From Pseudomonadota bacterium (GTDB taxonomy: Bacteria; Bdellovibrionota_B; Oligoflexia; Oligoflexales; CAIYRB01): 64,000 nt of DNA. The notes under the pieces are model-generated. The model did no database searches. It saw only the letters and a program-made list of their open reading frames with translations, and was not told where the DNA came from. This document shows positions 44,631 through 54,899 of the stretch, one piece after another. The stretch is from positions 9,877 to 73,876 of the forward strand of contig JANOTL010000223.1 of assembly GCA_031416315.1 (NCBI GenBank), in the 5' to 3' direction. How positions within the stretch are numbered: the first letter of the stretch is position 1; each line of letters starts with the position of its first letter. A program made the position numbers and the translations under genes.

Positions 44631-47348
44631 TCAGGCGTGAGCGGCGACGCGCCTCAGGACGGCGATCGCCGCGTCGAGGGTCGCGGCATCGGTGGCCTCG
44701 GGCCAGGCGCCGAAAACGATGAGACGTTTGGCGTTTTTCCCGTCGAAAGCGCCGGCCATCAACCGGGCGCCCGGGCTTTGCCAAGCGGCCAACGGTTTGA
44801 AGTCGACGGCGCGAGCGGCGTCGTAGGCGGCTTGCCATCCGTCGGCGTAGCGCGAAAGGCCCGCGACTAGGCCTTGCGTGACGTAGCCGTACAGATTCTG
44901 CTCTTCGAGCAGCGGCGGCGTAGCGCCGTCGGCTTTCCAGACGCAGATGGGCTTTGCCTGCTTGCCGTCCTGGACGAGGATCAAAGCCTTCGTCAGGCCG
45001 GCGGCGGCGAGCGCCGGGGCGGCACGGCGGAGGGCGCTCGAGAGGTCTTTGGCCATCGTCAGGCCGACGAGCGCGCGATTCAAAGCGGCGACGCGCGCCG
45101 CGGCGGCGGTGGTGAAGTCTTCGGCTTCGGACTGCAGCTCGTCGGGCTCCGGCTCCAGAGCAACGCCGGCGGCTCTGCGCGGCGCGGGCTGCGGCGTCGC
45201 GAGGAGGTCGGCCTCCTCGTCAGGAGATAGATCGTCAAAACCCGGAAACTCGCCGTCGAGTTCGAGCGCGTCTTCGTTTTCGTCCGTGGCCGGAGCCGGG
45301 AGCGAGTTGCCGCCGTCTTCGAGCGCGAGCTCGCCTTCGAGGTCGAACGCGCCCAGCGGGTCTTTTTCGGCCGCGGGAGGCGGCAGGTCGAGCGGGGCGT
45401 CGGCCTCCATCGACAGCTCGCCGAGGGGTTCGTCGAGAAAGCCGTCAGGCGCCGGGGGGAGGCCGTCGTCGTCCATCGCCAGGTCGGCCGCCGGCGCGCG
45501 CGGACCGTCCTCCGTCATTTCGAGCTCGTCGAGAAGGTCGGGCTCCGCCGGCGCGGCGTCCTCCGCCAGATCGAGCTCAGCGAGCAGGTCGGCATCATCG
45601 AGCGCTGACGGGGTGCGGGCGGCCGGCTTCGCCGCATTCTCGGCCTCGTCGAGCGCTTCGAAGAGGTCGGGCTCCGGCGGTGCGGCACTTTCGGCGACGT
45701 CGAGCTCGCCGAGCAGGTCGTCCTCATCGAGGAAGGCACCGGCCGAGTCTGGATCTTTCGTGGGTGCCTCGCTTATGTCGAGCTCGTCGCCGATCGAGTC
45801 GTCGTCGAGCAAGTCGTCACCGTCTTTTTCGTCGCTCTCGGCCGTCTTCGCGGTCGCCACTGGCGCAGCGTCGTCGTCCAGCCCAAGGCCGGCGAGGGGA
45901 TCGGCGTCCGCGTCGCTCATGCCGAGATCGGCGAGGGGATCGCCGCCGCCTTCGAGGTCGAGATCGGCGAGAGGATCGCTTGCGGACGCATCCTCGGGGC
46001 CGAAGTCGAGCTGGTCGTCGAGCCCCAGGTCGGCGAGCGGATCCGGAGCTCTGGCGGCGACCGGCGCCGGCTTCGCCGCGGCTTTCGCCGGCGGCGGTGG
46101 CTCAGTCTCAAAGCCGAGCTCGTCGCCCGTATCCTCGACGCCGTCGCTGAAGTCGATCGTGGCGAGGTCGTCGTCCCCGTCGGCCTCGGCCGCGGGCGAG
46201 ATGGCGCCGAAACCTTCGCTGAGGTCGAGGTCGTCGCCCGAGGCGAGATCGCCTTCGGCGTCGGGCGAGGCGCCAAGATCCTCGAACGGCGCCGTCGTCT
46301 TCTTCTTCGCCTGCGCCTTCGGTGCCGCGAACGGATCGTCGAGGTCGCCTAAGCCGTCGGGGCCTTCCAGCTCGTCGAGCCCCTCAAGACCGAGGAGCTC
46401 GTCGTCCGCGCCGCCCGCCGTGACGCCTGCGGCGCCTTCGATGTCGTCCATGTCGCTCATGCCCGCTGGATCGGGCTGCGTGACGGCGCCCGAGAGGCCG
46501 GTGAGGCCGGAGTCCTCGGCGGCGTCCAGCGTGTCGACCGTGGGACCGGCGTCTTCGCCATCGGTTTGCGTCAGCTCGCCGAACAAGTCGTCGGCGTCGA
46601 GGTCTTCGCTGATCGCGAGCGGATCGCCGTCCCCGTCGGGCGCGCTGAAACCTAGCTTTTGGCTTTCCTCGGCCGCCTCGACCGAGTCCGGGTACTAGAG
46701 CGCGGCGTCCGCGTCGACGTCCTCGACCTCTTCGATCGGCCCGGCGAAGTCCTCTTCCTCGCGCAAGGCGGTCGCCGCGCCCGCGTCGAATGCGGGCGCA
46801 CGCGAGACGGCGCGGGGCGCCGTGGAGCCGCCGGCGCGGTCCAGCAGGCGCAGCCGGCGGTTCGCCGAGCTCGCGTGGTTGATGATCAGCTCCTCGAGGT
46901 GCGAGGTCTGCGGCCGGTAGTTTTTGATCAGCTTCTCGAGGCCCAGGCGCACTTGGGTGAACGTGGCGATGTGCGGCGTGACGCGGTAGCCGGTGAAGAA
47001 CTCGACCTGCTTGATCGTGTCGTGATCGAGGGGATCGACCATCGCGACGTGCAGAACCTGGCCCTCGACGCGCAGCGGCATGACCTCGAGGCGCTCGACG
47101 AGCGGAGGGTCTAGCGTGCCCCAAGCCTCGCGGCTCGATTCGCGCGCGAGGTCCTTGGCGCACATCTTCCAGCGCGTGCGCTCCGCGAGGAAGGCGGCGA
47201 GCTCGTCCTCGTCCAAGAGTCCCAAGGCGAGGACGGCCCGCGCGAAGGCGGAGCCGTGCGTGCCGCACGTGCGCCGGATGGTGCGGCGGTCCGCCTCGGT
47301 GAGGAGGCCTTCCTCGACCAATAGGGTTCCCAGACCGGAAGTTCCCAT
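44631..47348 (-). CDS. GspE-N/MshEN-type domain + very long Asp/Glu-rich linker + C-terminal domain, interrupted by one in-frame TAG at 46695-46697
   Basis: LGTLLVEEGLLT and LHVAMVDPLD motifs. ORFs 46695-47348 and 44631-46586 are in the same frame, with coding-like sequence across the TAG. Confidence 0.7.
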
Positions 47349-47480
47349 AAAGGCTTCTCAATCGCTCGGGTTAGTGCGGCGGGGGGAAGAGGGGCGGGGC
47401 TGTGAGAATGATCTTTCAATTATGTTATCACGGGTTTATTCTGGCTGCCTCAACGTCAGGCCCAGAGCGAAGGAGTGTCC

Positions 47481-48323
47481 GTGTCGAGCGAACGCAAGGA
47501 GCAATTGAAATCCCTCAAACAACCCGATCAATTGCAAGTGAAGCTCGTGTCTTTGATGGACTGGCTCCTCAAGAACACCCGCATCATCGTCGGGATCGTC
47601 GCGGTCGCAGCCATCGGCGTCGGCATCGTCTACACGGTCCGATACGCCCAGAACAAGGCGCGTGACGGCCGTCTCGAGGAGCTGGGCAAGATCCAGATCA
47701 CCTACGAGAACGAGCAGCGGAAGTCGCAGGACGAGCGCGAGAAGGTGCAGAAGCAGATCGACGAGATCGAGAAGAAGGCGCCCCCCGCGGCGACCGGCTC
47801 CAGCGCCGACCTCACCGCGACCGTCGCGGCGACGCCCTCCCCCGAGGTCGAGCCCCTGCGCAAGAAGATGGATGCGATCCGCCCGGATCATTCCGGCTCG
47901 GCGACGCAGTTCCAAGAGTTCTTCGCCAAGTACGAGAACGACCCCGAAGGCTGGATGGCCGGTCTTCAGGCCTCGCGCCTCTTCGTCGACCAACAGAAGG
48001 TCGCGGAGGCCTCGGCCCTGCTCGACAAGGTGCTCGAGAAGTCGAAGAACGCGAACTTCTATCAAGTTCAGGCGCGCTTCGCGCTCATCAGCGTCCTCGA
48101 GGACCAGGGCAATCTGGATCGGGCGTTGACCGAGGTCGACCAGCTCGACAAGCTCGTCGAGAACAAAGAGATGAAGCCGCGCGTTCTCCTCGCCAAGGGC
48201 CGCCTCCAGCTCCAGAAGAATCAGAAGGACGAGGCCAAGGCTACCTTCAACAACTTGATCGAGAACCACGGCACCTCGCCGGAGGCGCAGAAGGCGCGCT
48301 CGATCCAGTCGCTCTTCAACTGA
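47481..48323 (+). CDS. YfgM-like membrane-anchored TPR protein
   Basis: AGGAG RBS, single TM helix, TPR repeats; upstream of a BamB-like gene (known yfgM-bamB synteny). Confidence 0.75.
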   Translation: MSSERKEQLKSLKQPDQLQVKLVSLMDWLLKNTRIIVGIVAVAAIGVGIVYTVRYAQNKARDGRLEELGKIQITYENEQRKSQDEREKVQKQIDEIEKKAPPAATGSSADLTATVAATPSPEVEPLRKKMDAIRPDHSGSATQFQEFFAKYENDPEGWMAGLQASRLFVDQQKVAEASALLDKVLEKSKNANFYQVQARFALISVLEDQGNLDRALTEVDQLDKLVENKEMKPRVLLAKGRLQLQKNQKDEAKATFNNLIENHGTSPEAQKARSIQSLFN

Positions 48324-48339
48324 TCCAGCGCGAGGTCTC

Positions 48340-49515
48340 ATGCGCAGAATCCTTCTAGCCGCCGCTCTCGGCCTCGCCTCGCCGGCAGGGGCGGAGGAGG
48401 CGGTGGCCCCCGCGGCCTCGGCCGCCCAGGCGAAATCGGCGCTCCCCGAGGACGCGGCCTCGCTCACGGGCGACCTCGGCGATCGCGGGCGTCCTTACCG
48501 GCTTGGCTTCATGTCCTTGAATTCCGGCTTGGACCAGGTGAAGCCCTTGGCGCTCTTCGATCCCGCCGGCTTCGTCGTCAACTCCGGCATCCTCGTCGGC
48601 GGCTTCGACCAGCGCTGGATCGGCGGCCTGTCGATGCAGACGACGAAAGTGCTGTGGTGGTTCGACGGGACGACGGACCTGACGGCGCCACCGGGATCTT
48701 TCGGGAGCAACGTCGTCCTCGGCTTCCGCGACGGCAAGGTCGTGAAGCTGGACGCTTTGACCGGCAAGAAGATCTGGACGGCGTCGCTCGACTCCTTCGT
48801 CGAGAGGCCCCTCCTCCTCAGCGGTACGACGCTCTACGTCCTGACCGCGGCGCAAGTTCTCTACGCCCTCGATTTCCAGACTGGCAAGACGCAATGGCTC
48901 TACGACGGCGGCTTTCCCGAGGGACTCACGATCCGCGGCGGAGCGCGGCCCATCATCCATGACGGCAAGGTGCTCTTCGGCATCGCCTCGGGCGAGATCC
49001 TGGCGGTGAACGCCGACACGGGCAAGCTCGTGTGGCGCTACAATCCGGCTTACAACGACGCGCGCTTCCACGGCGTCGTCGGCGAGATGCTGATCCGGGG
49101 CAACAAGCTGATCATCACGCGCTACGACGGCCTCGTCGCCGCGATCGACATCGCCGGCAGCGTCCGCAGCGTCGCCTGGCAGGAGCAGCTCCCCGGCCTG
49201 ACGACCTCGGCATTCCGCGGCAACCGCATCTACGTCGGCGCCCTGAACGGCGACGTCTACGCCTTGGACGCGGACGGCGGGCGCAAGGTGTTCCACGCGC
49301 AAACCGGCGCGTCGGTCACCTCGATCACGGCCGGCGAGACTTCGATCTTCGTCACCGGCACGCGCGGCCGCATCACGGCGATCGACGCTGGCGTCGGCAA
49401 CGTTCTTTGGCACGACAGCATTGGCGGGTCGATTGCTAGCGCGCCGGTGCTTTACGAGAATGCGATCTTGTTCAATACCGGGTCGAAGAGCATCTACGCG
49501 TATAAGCTGCGGTAG
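48340..49515 (+). CDS. PQQ-type beta-propeller, BamB-like
   Basis: Repeated ALD..TGK..W motifs; SPI-type signal with no lipobox Cys. Confidence 0.8.
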   Translation: MRRILLAAALGLASPAGAEEAVAPAASAAQAKSALPEDAASLTGDLGDRGRPYRLGFMSLNSGLDQVKPLALFDPAGFVVNSGILVGGFDQRWIGGLSMQTTKVLWWFDGTTDLTAPPGSFGSNVVLGFRDGKVVKLDALTGKKIWTASLDSFVERPLLLSGTTLYVLTAAQVLYALDFQTGKTQWLYDGGFPEGLTIRGGARPIIHDGKVLFGIASGEILAVNADTGKLVWRYNPAYNDARFHGVVGEMLIRGNKLIITRYDGLVAAIDIAGSVRSVAWQEQLPGLTTSAFRGNRIYVGALNGDVYALDADGGRKVFHAQTGASVTSITAGETSIFVTGTRGRITAIDAGVGNVLWHDSIGGSIASAPVLYENAILFNTGSKSIYAYKLR

Positions 49516-49522
49516 AATTTTT

Positions 49523-49590
49523 ACCGCAAAGGGCGCAAAGAACGCAAAGACGGTTAGAAAAACCTTTGCGCCCTTTGCGCCCTTTGCGGT
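49523..49590. repeat. REP-like palindrome built from 9-nt CGCAAAG units
   Basis: ACCGCAAAGGGCGCAAAGAACGCAAAG pairs with CTTTGCGCCCTTTGCGCCCTTTGCGGT, 25/27 matches. Confidence 0.8.
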
Positions 49591-49600
49591 TCAAAATGTC

Positions 49601-50701
49601 TTAGACGAGATCTGTTCGCCCCTGCGCCTTCAAAGCCTCGACGATCGCTTTCACGTCCTGCGCGCGCGACTTCGGGCACACCAGCACAGCGCCGCCCGAA
49701 ACCACCACCACCAGATCCTCGACGCCGAGCAGGGCGACGAAGGGGCCGTCGGTGTCGACGGTCGTGCGCTTCGTGTCGAGGAGCATCGCAGGGCCGCTGA
49801 CGAGGTTGCCTTGTGCGTCGGTAGGGAAGCAGCGCTCGAGCGCGTCCCAGCTGCCGACGTCCTGCCAGCCGATCGCGGCCGGGACGACGGCGACGTTTTT
49901 GCTCGTCTCGAGGACGGCGTGGTCGATCGAGATCTTGGGCAGGCCGCCATAAACCTCGCGCATCCGCTCGCGATCGACGCTCAGAAAACCGTCGGCGGGC
50001 TGCATCAGGTCGCGCAGCGAGCGCACGGTCTCCGGCAGCTTTGCCTCGAGCTCGCTGAGGAGGGTGTCGGTGCGCCAGACGAAGATGCCGGCGTTCCAGA
50101 GGAACGTGCCGCGCGCGAGGAACTCCTCGGCCAAGGCCTTCGGCGGCTTCTCGCGGAAGCTCGCGACCGCGAACGCGCCCTCGGCGCCCGAGAGCGGCGC
50201 GCCGCGCTCGATGTAGCCGTAGCCGGTCTCGGGATACTCCGGCTCGATGCCGACCAGGGCCAGCCGTCCGGCGCGCGCCGCTTGCGCGGCGGTCGTCAGC
50301 GAGCGTAGGAAGGCGGGCAGATCCTTGATCAGCGCGTCCGCGTGCAGGGAGATCATCACAGGCTTGCCGCGACCGCCGCGCGCGGCGTGCATCGCCTCGA
50401 TCTGCAAGGCCGCGAGCGCGAGCGCGTTCGCCGTGTTGCGCGCGTCCGGCTCTTCGAGGATGACGAGGCTCTCGCCGACGAGCGCGCGCGTGCCGGCCGC
50501 TTGGTCTTGATGCGTGACGATCAAGCGCCGCTCCGGCGGGACGAAGCCGTCCAAGCGCGCCAAGGTGAGCTCGATCATGGTGAGCGGCTCTCCGCCCAAG
50601 CGCGTCAGCTGCTTTGGGCGGAGGTGGCGGCTCTTCGGCCAGAAGCGGGTGCCGCTGCCGCCCGCGAGGACGGCGACGTAGCAGTCGTCGAGGGAGCTCA
50701 A
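49601..50701 (-). CDS. manC: Mannose-1-phosphate guanylyltransferase
   Basis: LAGGSGTRFWPKSR..PKQ, EP..RNTA, PETGYGYI, FREKP, WNAGIF, SIDHAV and WQDVGSW motifs; TTG start overlapping the upstream TGA. Confidence 0.92.
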   Translation of the reverse strand: MSSLDDCYVAVLAGGSGTRFWPKSRHLRPKQLTRLGGEPLTMIELTLARLDGFVPPERRLIVTHQDQAAGTRALVGESLVILEEPDARNTANALALAALQIEAMHAARGGRGKPVMISLHADALIKDLPAFLRSLTTAAQAARAGRLALVGIEPEYPETGYGYIERGAPLSGAEGAFAVASFREKPPKALAEEFLARGTFLWNAGIFVWRTDTLLSELEAKLPETVRSLRDLMQPADGFLSVDRERMREVYGGLPKISIDHAVLETSKNVAVVPAAIGWQDVGSWDALERCFPTDAQGNLVSGPAMLLDTKRTTVDTDGPFVALLGVEDLVVVVSGGAVLVCPKSRAQDVKAIVEALKAQGRTDLV

Positions 50702-52215
50702 GGTTTTGGGTCCTTTTTCGGCGTGGGCTCTGGCGCCTCGGGCGCCGGCGGGCCGGGCGGCGACACTTCGGCCGATTTCTCCGGCGGCGCGACCTCGAGC
50801 CGCGCCATCGTGTACGGCAGCGCGAGGCCGTCCATCAGCTGCTCGTGATTGAAGAGGCCCATGCTCTTGAGATAAGTGGGCGCCAGCTCGTTGTTGATCA
50901 GCGCGCGTGCGATTTCGATGCCGAAGGTGCGCAGGACGTCCGCGTCCTTCGTGCCGACCTTCGCCAGAAGCTCGAAGCCCTCGCCGTAAAGGGACGAGAG
51001 GAGCCAGAGCGCGTACGGAAAGATCGGCGAGGCCGTGTGCTTCTCCGCGAAGTCGTGCCAGACGAGGAGCACCTTCTCCAGCTCGCCGGCGAACGAGAGG
51101 CGCAGCCAATCGTTTTGCGCGACGGAGCCATTGCGGGCTTCAAGGCCAGTGCCAAGCTCGAGCGGCCGGCGGTGCGGCGGATCCATGTTCTCCAAAAGCT
51201 TCGCCGCGGCGTTCGTGCCGTTCGGCAAGAGCTTCGCCTTCGTGCCGTCCGTCAGCTGAAAGGCGACGAGGCTCGAGGGATGGTAGAAGAGGCCAGGATC
51301 CAGCGTGCCGTCGTGCCGGAGCGCAGCGTAAGCATAGACTGTGGGCCCGCTGCTCGAGATGCCGGCCAAGGAGAGCCAGAGCTTGCCTTCGCCGCGCGAG
51401 CTGGGCGAGATCGGCAGGGAGCCGCGCGCCAGGTCGGTCAGATTCTCGACTTTGTCGGTGTCCAGATCCCAGAGATAGAGGCCGTCGCGGTGGCGGGAGC
51501 TCCCCGTCGCCGTGTAGACGATCTTGGTCGACGACGGCAGCCAGAGAAACTCCTCGATCCGGTCGTGCGGCGCGACCATGAAGAGCTCGCCGCGCTCTTT
51601 CAGGCGCGCGACGAGCGACCGCGTCTGCGCGACCGGATTCACGAAGAGGCGCGCGTGCGAGATGCCGTCCGGCGAGTCGGCGCCTTCGAGCAAAGGCGAC
51701 GGATAGAGGCCCAGTCCGGGGCGCGCGGACAGGCGGTATCTGATCGGGCCGCGCGGGATCTGGCCCCACGAGACGAGGCCGAAGTCGGGCACGCCGCCGA
51801 GCGTGTTCTGCGCTTGGTCGCCGCCGAAGGAGCGTAAGAGGTAATGACGCTCGTCGAGGCGGAGGTAATCGAAGCGCTCGCCGTAGCCGTCGTGGGCCTG
51901 GAAGGCGAGCGCCTCGCCGTGGGCGAAGGCGCGCAGGACGTTCAAAGTCGACGGCGCCTTTTTGTGTTTCTCCAAAAAGCGGCGCAAAGTCTTCGAGAGC
52001 TGGGCGAGTCGCGTTTTCGTGAGCGCGGCGGGCTGGCCACCGGGGGCGCGCGGCAAAGTGAGCGCGACCCAGGTCGTCGGGGGGGCCCAGCTGATCACGA
52101 GGAGCGCGACGAGGACGGACCACCGGCGCCTAACACGCGGAGGCGACGGGTGAACCTGGGGGCTCTTGGCCTCCACGGCTTCCGCGACATTGAGAGTCGG
52201 CTTCAAGGGCTCCAC
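50698..52215 (-). CDS. Membrane-anchored protein with GspG/pseudopilin-like N-terminal region and beta-rich/helical C-terminus
   Basis: TM helix, then L...L..F...P..L...DGYGERFDY...LLRSFGGD resembling the T2SS-G C-terminal motif. Start uncertain. Confidence 0.55.
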   Translation of the reverse strand: MEPLKPTLNVAEAVEAKSPQVHPSPPRVRRRWSVLVALLVISWAPPTTWVALTLPRAPGGQPAALTKTRLAQLSKTLRRFLEKHKKAPSTLNVLRAFAHGEALAFQAHDGYGERFDYLRLDERHYLLRSFGGDQAQNTLGGVPDFGLVSWGQIPRGPIRYRLSARPGLGLYPSPLLEGADSPDGISHARLFVNPVAQTRSLVARLKERGELFMVAPHDRIEEFLWLPSSTKIVYTATGSSRHRDGLYLWDLDTDKVENLTDLARGSLPISPSSRGEGKLWLSLAGISSSGPTVYAYAALRHDGTLDPGLFYHPSSLVAFQLTDGTKAKLLPNGTNAAAKLLENMDPPHRRPLELGTGLEARNGSVAQNDWLRLSFAGELEKVLLVWHDFAEKHTASPIFPYALWLLSSLYGEGFELLAKVGTKDADVLRTFGIEIARALINNELAPTYLKSMGLFNHEQLMDGLALPYTMARLEVAPPEKSAEVSPPGPPAPEAPEPTPKKDPKP

Positions 52216-52288
52216 GATTCGCTTCCGATCTGCGCTATAATGGGGCAAGAGCCCTTCACACCGCCCCGACCTACCCGACAGGTAATCG

Positions 52289-52969
52289 ATGCTCGCACGT
52301 GCATTGGCGATCTTCCTTCCGATTTTAGCGGCGCTGCCCACAGTCCAGCAAGCCAGGGCCGAAGACGGCCCGTCGGCCTACGGCGACGCCCCTCCCGAGC
52401 ACGCCGCCAAATGGCACGCGCCGCAACCGGCCGAGGCCAAGATCCTCAACAAGCAGGCGGCCGAGCCGGCACGGGTCCGCATCGGCCTGCGCTTGACGCC
52501 GTTCAAGAAGGTGACGACGCGGGGGCGTGACGGCAGCATCGAGTCCCGCTGGGTGCCGATGGAGCCCTTGCGGCACACGTTGCGAGCACGCCTCAACAAG
52601 AACAACCACTTCTTCGTCGGCGACTATCACCTCGAGACGAAGCCGACGAAGTGGGTGCGCAAGTCGCGGCGCTACGAGGTCGCGATCGACGTGTACCGGC
52701 GTTACGGCGCTTTCGGCCAGCTGGAAGAGTTCCTTGGCACGACGACCTTGATCGGCGTGCTCGAAGAGCAGGAGAACAACCTCTTCGTCGTGTACGGCGT
52801 GGCCCGAAAGCGCTTGCGCGACAAGATGCAGAGCCCGGTGCTCGACATCGTCGCGGGCTTCCAGCCGGGGACGGCGCAAGGTCCGAACGTTTCGCAGAAA
52901 GAGAAGCCTGCCCGGACGCCGGCTGCGATGCCGGCGGGGCAGGGTGCATTGATCCGCGGCAGGTTCTAG
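52289..52969 (+). CDS. Secreted hypothetical protein
   Basis: Signal peptide (QARA); coding-like codon usage. Confidence 0.6.
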   Translation: MLARALAIFLPILAALPTVQQARAEDGPSAYGDAPPEHAAKWHAPQPAEAKILNKQAAEPARVRIGLRLTPFKKVTTRGRDGSIESRWVPMEPLRHTLRARLNKNNHFFVGDYHLETKPTKWVRKSRRYEVAIDVYRRYGAFGQLEEFLGTTTLIGVLEEQENNLFVVYGVARKRLRDKMQSPVLDIVAGFQPGTAQGPNVSQKEKPARTPAAMPAGQGALIRGRF

Positions 52970-53077
52970 TGCCGTTAGTCATGGGTCTTGACGGGTGTCG
53001 CGTACCGGAGCGGCGCGTCCGACGCGACGCGCAGGGTAGCGGCATCCGTCATGACCCATGCGAATATCACTGGTCCC

Positions 53078-53968
53078 TCACATGCAGCTCTGCGTCATGT
53101 CGATCGACGGCGACTTCTCGCAGGAGAGCGTAATCTTCGCGTCGTCGCCCGGGTCGACGCAGGTGCCGAAGAGGCAGCCGTCGATGTCGAACTCAACGCT
53201 TGGGCTCGAGACGATGAAGTTCTTCTGGTCGCTCCAGGTGTCGCCTGTGAAGTTGTCCTCGGTATTGACGAAACGAAGCTTGATACAGGTCGTCGCGGTC
53301 GTGCGGCAGCCGCCTGGGATGACCACGGACTCGCCCGGTTTCGGGCAGGGGACGGTGGTATCGGTGGGGACGCCGTCTTTGTAGCTGGAGACGGTGATCA
53401 TCACCTGACCGTCGCCTTTGCACTCGTTGTTCTTGTCGTAGTCGGTGCGCAGGGTGAGGGCGGAGGTGAGGACCTTCTCAGTGCCGCCTTCATCGCTCAG
53501 CTCGCCCGGATCTTCCGAGCCGGAGCCGTCGGTCGAGGTATCGCCGGTGTCGTCGACGTCGGTGCCTGCTTTGCCGGGAGTCCCGCCTTTGGTGCCGGCG
53601 CCCGTCGTGGCGTTGTCGGTATTCACGCCTGGGCCGGCGGTCGATTTGTCGGTGCTGGTGCCGGCGCCGGTGGTGGCGTTGTCGGTGCCCTTGCCGGGGT
53701 TGCCGCTTCCGGTCCCTTTGCTGGGCGTGCCGCCGCTCGTGCCGTTGTCGGTCGCTTTGCTCGGCGTGCCGCCGCTGGTGCCCTTGCCAGGGTTCTTGTT
53801 CTCTTCGTCGCCAGGCGAGTCGTCGTTGTCGGCTTTGCCGGCACTTTCCTTCTTCTTGGTGGACGCCTTGGTGCTGCCAGCGAAGTCCGTGCCCGCGCAA
53901 GCCCAGATCATTCCGGACAAGGCGAACGCCCAGCCGATGCTGAAAAGAGTCGAGCCTTTGCGCTTCAT
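53078..53968 (-). CDS. Lipoprotein with G/T/S/K-rich repetitive stalk and 8-Cys C-terminal domain (paralog 2)
   Basis: Lipobox IWA-C; GTSGGTPSK and TDNATTGAGT repeats; C-terminal domain closely similar to the upstream paralog. Confidence 0.75.
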   Translation of the reverse strand: MKRKGSTLFSIGWAFALSGMIWACAGTDFAGSTKASTKKKESAGKADNDDSPGDEENKNPGKGTSGGTPSKATDNGTSGGTPSKGTGSGNPGKGTDNATTGAGTSTDKSTAGPGVNTDNATTGAGTKGGTPGKAGTDVDDTGDTSTDGSGSEDPGELSDEGGTEKVLTSALTLRTDYDKNNECKGDGQVMITVSSYKDGVPTDTTVPCPKPGESVVIPGGCRTTATTCIKLRFVNTEDNFTGDTWSDQKNFIVSSPSVEFDIDGCLFGTCVDPGDDAKITLSCEKSPSIDMTQSCM

Positions 53969-54056
53969 CGTGGCACCTTTCGCGGAGGGGAGGTCTCTTC
54001 GTCCTCTCTTCGGATCGGGCTGGCGGAAGCTTTAGGCTCGGCGGAAAAGTCAGTGA

Positions 54057-54899
54057 TTACTGGCAGGCTTGGGTCAGCTCAAGGCTCGGCGTGCTGGCGC
54101 AACTGAGCGTGATCTTGGCGTCGTCTTCCTTTTCCACGCAGGTGCCGAAGGCGCAGCCGTCGATGTCGAAGTAGACGCTCGCTCCCTCGACGAGGAAGTT
54201 GGTCGTGTCGCTCCAAATGTCGCTGGAAAAGGGTTTGCCGGCGGAGTCTTTGTCCTCGGAGTTGGTGAAGACGAGCTTGATGCAGGTCTTCGCCTTCGTG
54301 CGGCACATCCCTGGCACGACGACGGATTGGTTCGGCGCCGGGCAGTTGACGACCGGGCTTCCGGGCATCGGCACGCCGTCGACGTAGGAGTCGACGCGGA
54401 TCGTCACTTGGCCGTCGCCCTTGCACTCGTTGTTCTCGTCGTAATCGGTGCGGATCGTCAGATCAGACTTCAAGGTGGCCTCGCCGCCCGCATCACTGCC
54501 GAGCTCGCCCGGCTCGCTGCCGCTGCCGATCTGCGAGCTGCCGCCTTCGATTTCGCCTTCCGAAGTGCCGCTGCCGCCGTTCGCGGTGCTGCCGCTGGTG
54601 TCCCCGCCCGTGGCGTTCGCGGTCGAGCCTGCAGTCGAGCCTGACGTGCCCCCGGCCGTCGAGCCGGAGGTGGAGCCGGCGGTGCCATTGCCGCCGGTCG
54701 TCTTCTTCTCGTCGTCGTCGCCATCCGCCGCGTCGGCGGAGCCGGCGGTGGTCTTCGATTTTTCCTTCGCCGCGTCCTTCGACTTCTTCGAGCTCGCGCC
54801 GCTAAAGCCCGTACCGCCGCACGCTTGCGCGACGAAGAGGAGCCCGGCGAGGCTCGCGCCCCAGAGAAGGGCCGAGGTCGTTTTTCCGATGGATCGCAT
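54057..54899 (-). CDS. Lipoprotein with G/S/T-rich stalk and 8-Cys C-terminal domain (paralog 1)
   Basis: Lipobox AQA-C; GGAGG RBS; shares RTDYD.NNECKGDGQV, FDIDGC.FGTCV and DDAKITLSC with paralog 2. Confidence 0.75.
   Translation of the reverse strand: MRSIGKTTSALLWGASLAGLLFVAQACGGTGFSGASSKKSKDAAKEKSKTTAGSADAADGDDDEKKTTGGNGTAGSTSGSTAGGTSGSTAGSTANATGGDTSGSTANGGSGTSEGEIEGGSSQIGSGSEPGELGSDAGGEATLKSDLTIRTDYDENNECKGDGQVTIRVDSYVDGVPMPGSPVVNCPAPNQSVVVPGMCRTKAKTCIKLVFTNSEDKDSAGKPFSSDIWSDTTNFLVEGASVYFDIDGCAFGTCVEKEDDAKITLSCASTPSLELTQACQ

Noticed and set aside
46695..46697. Genome-wide TAG recoding
   Set aside because: Many full-length genes end normally in TAG (e.g. 7177, 15034, 30163, 49515).
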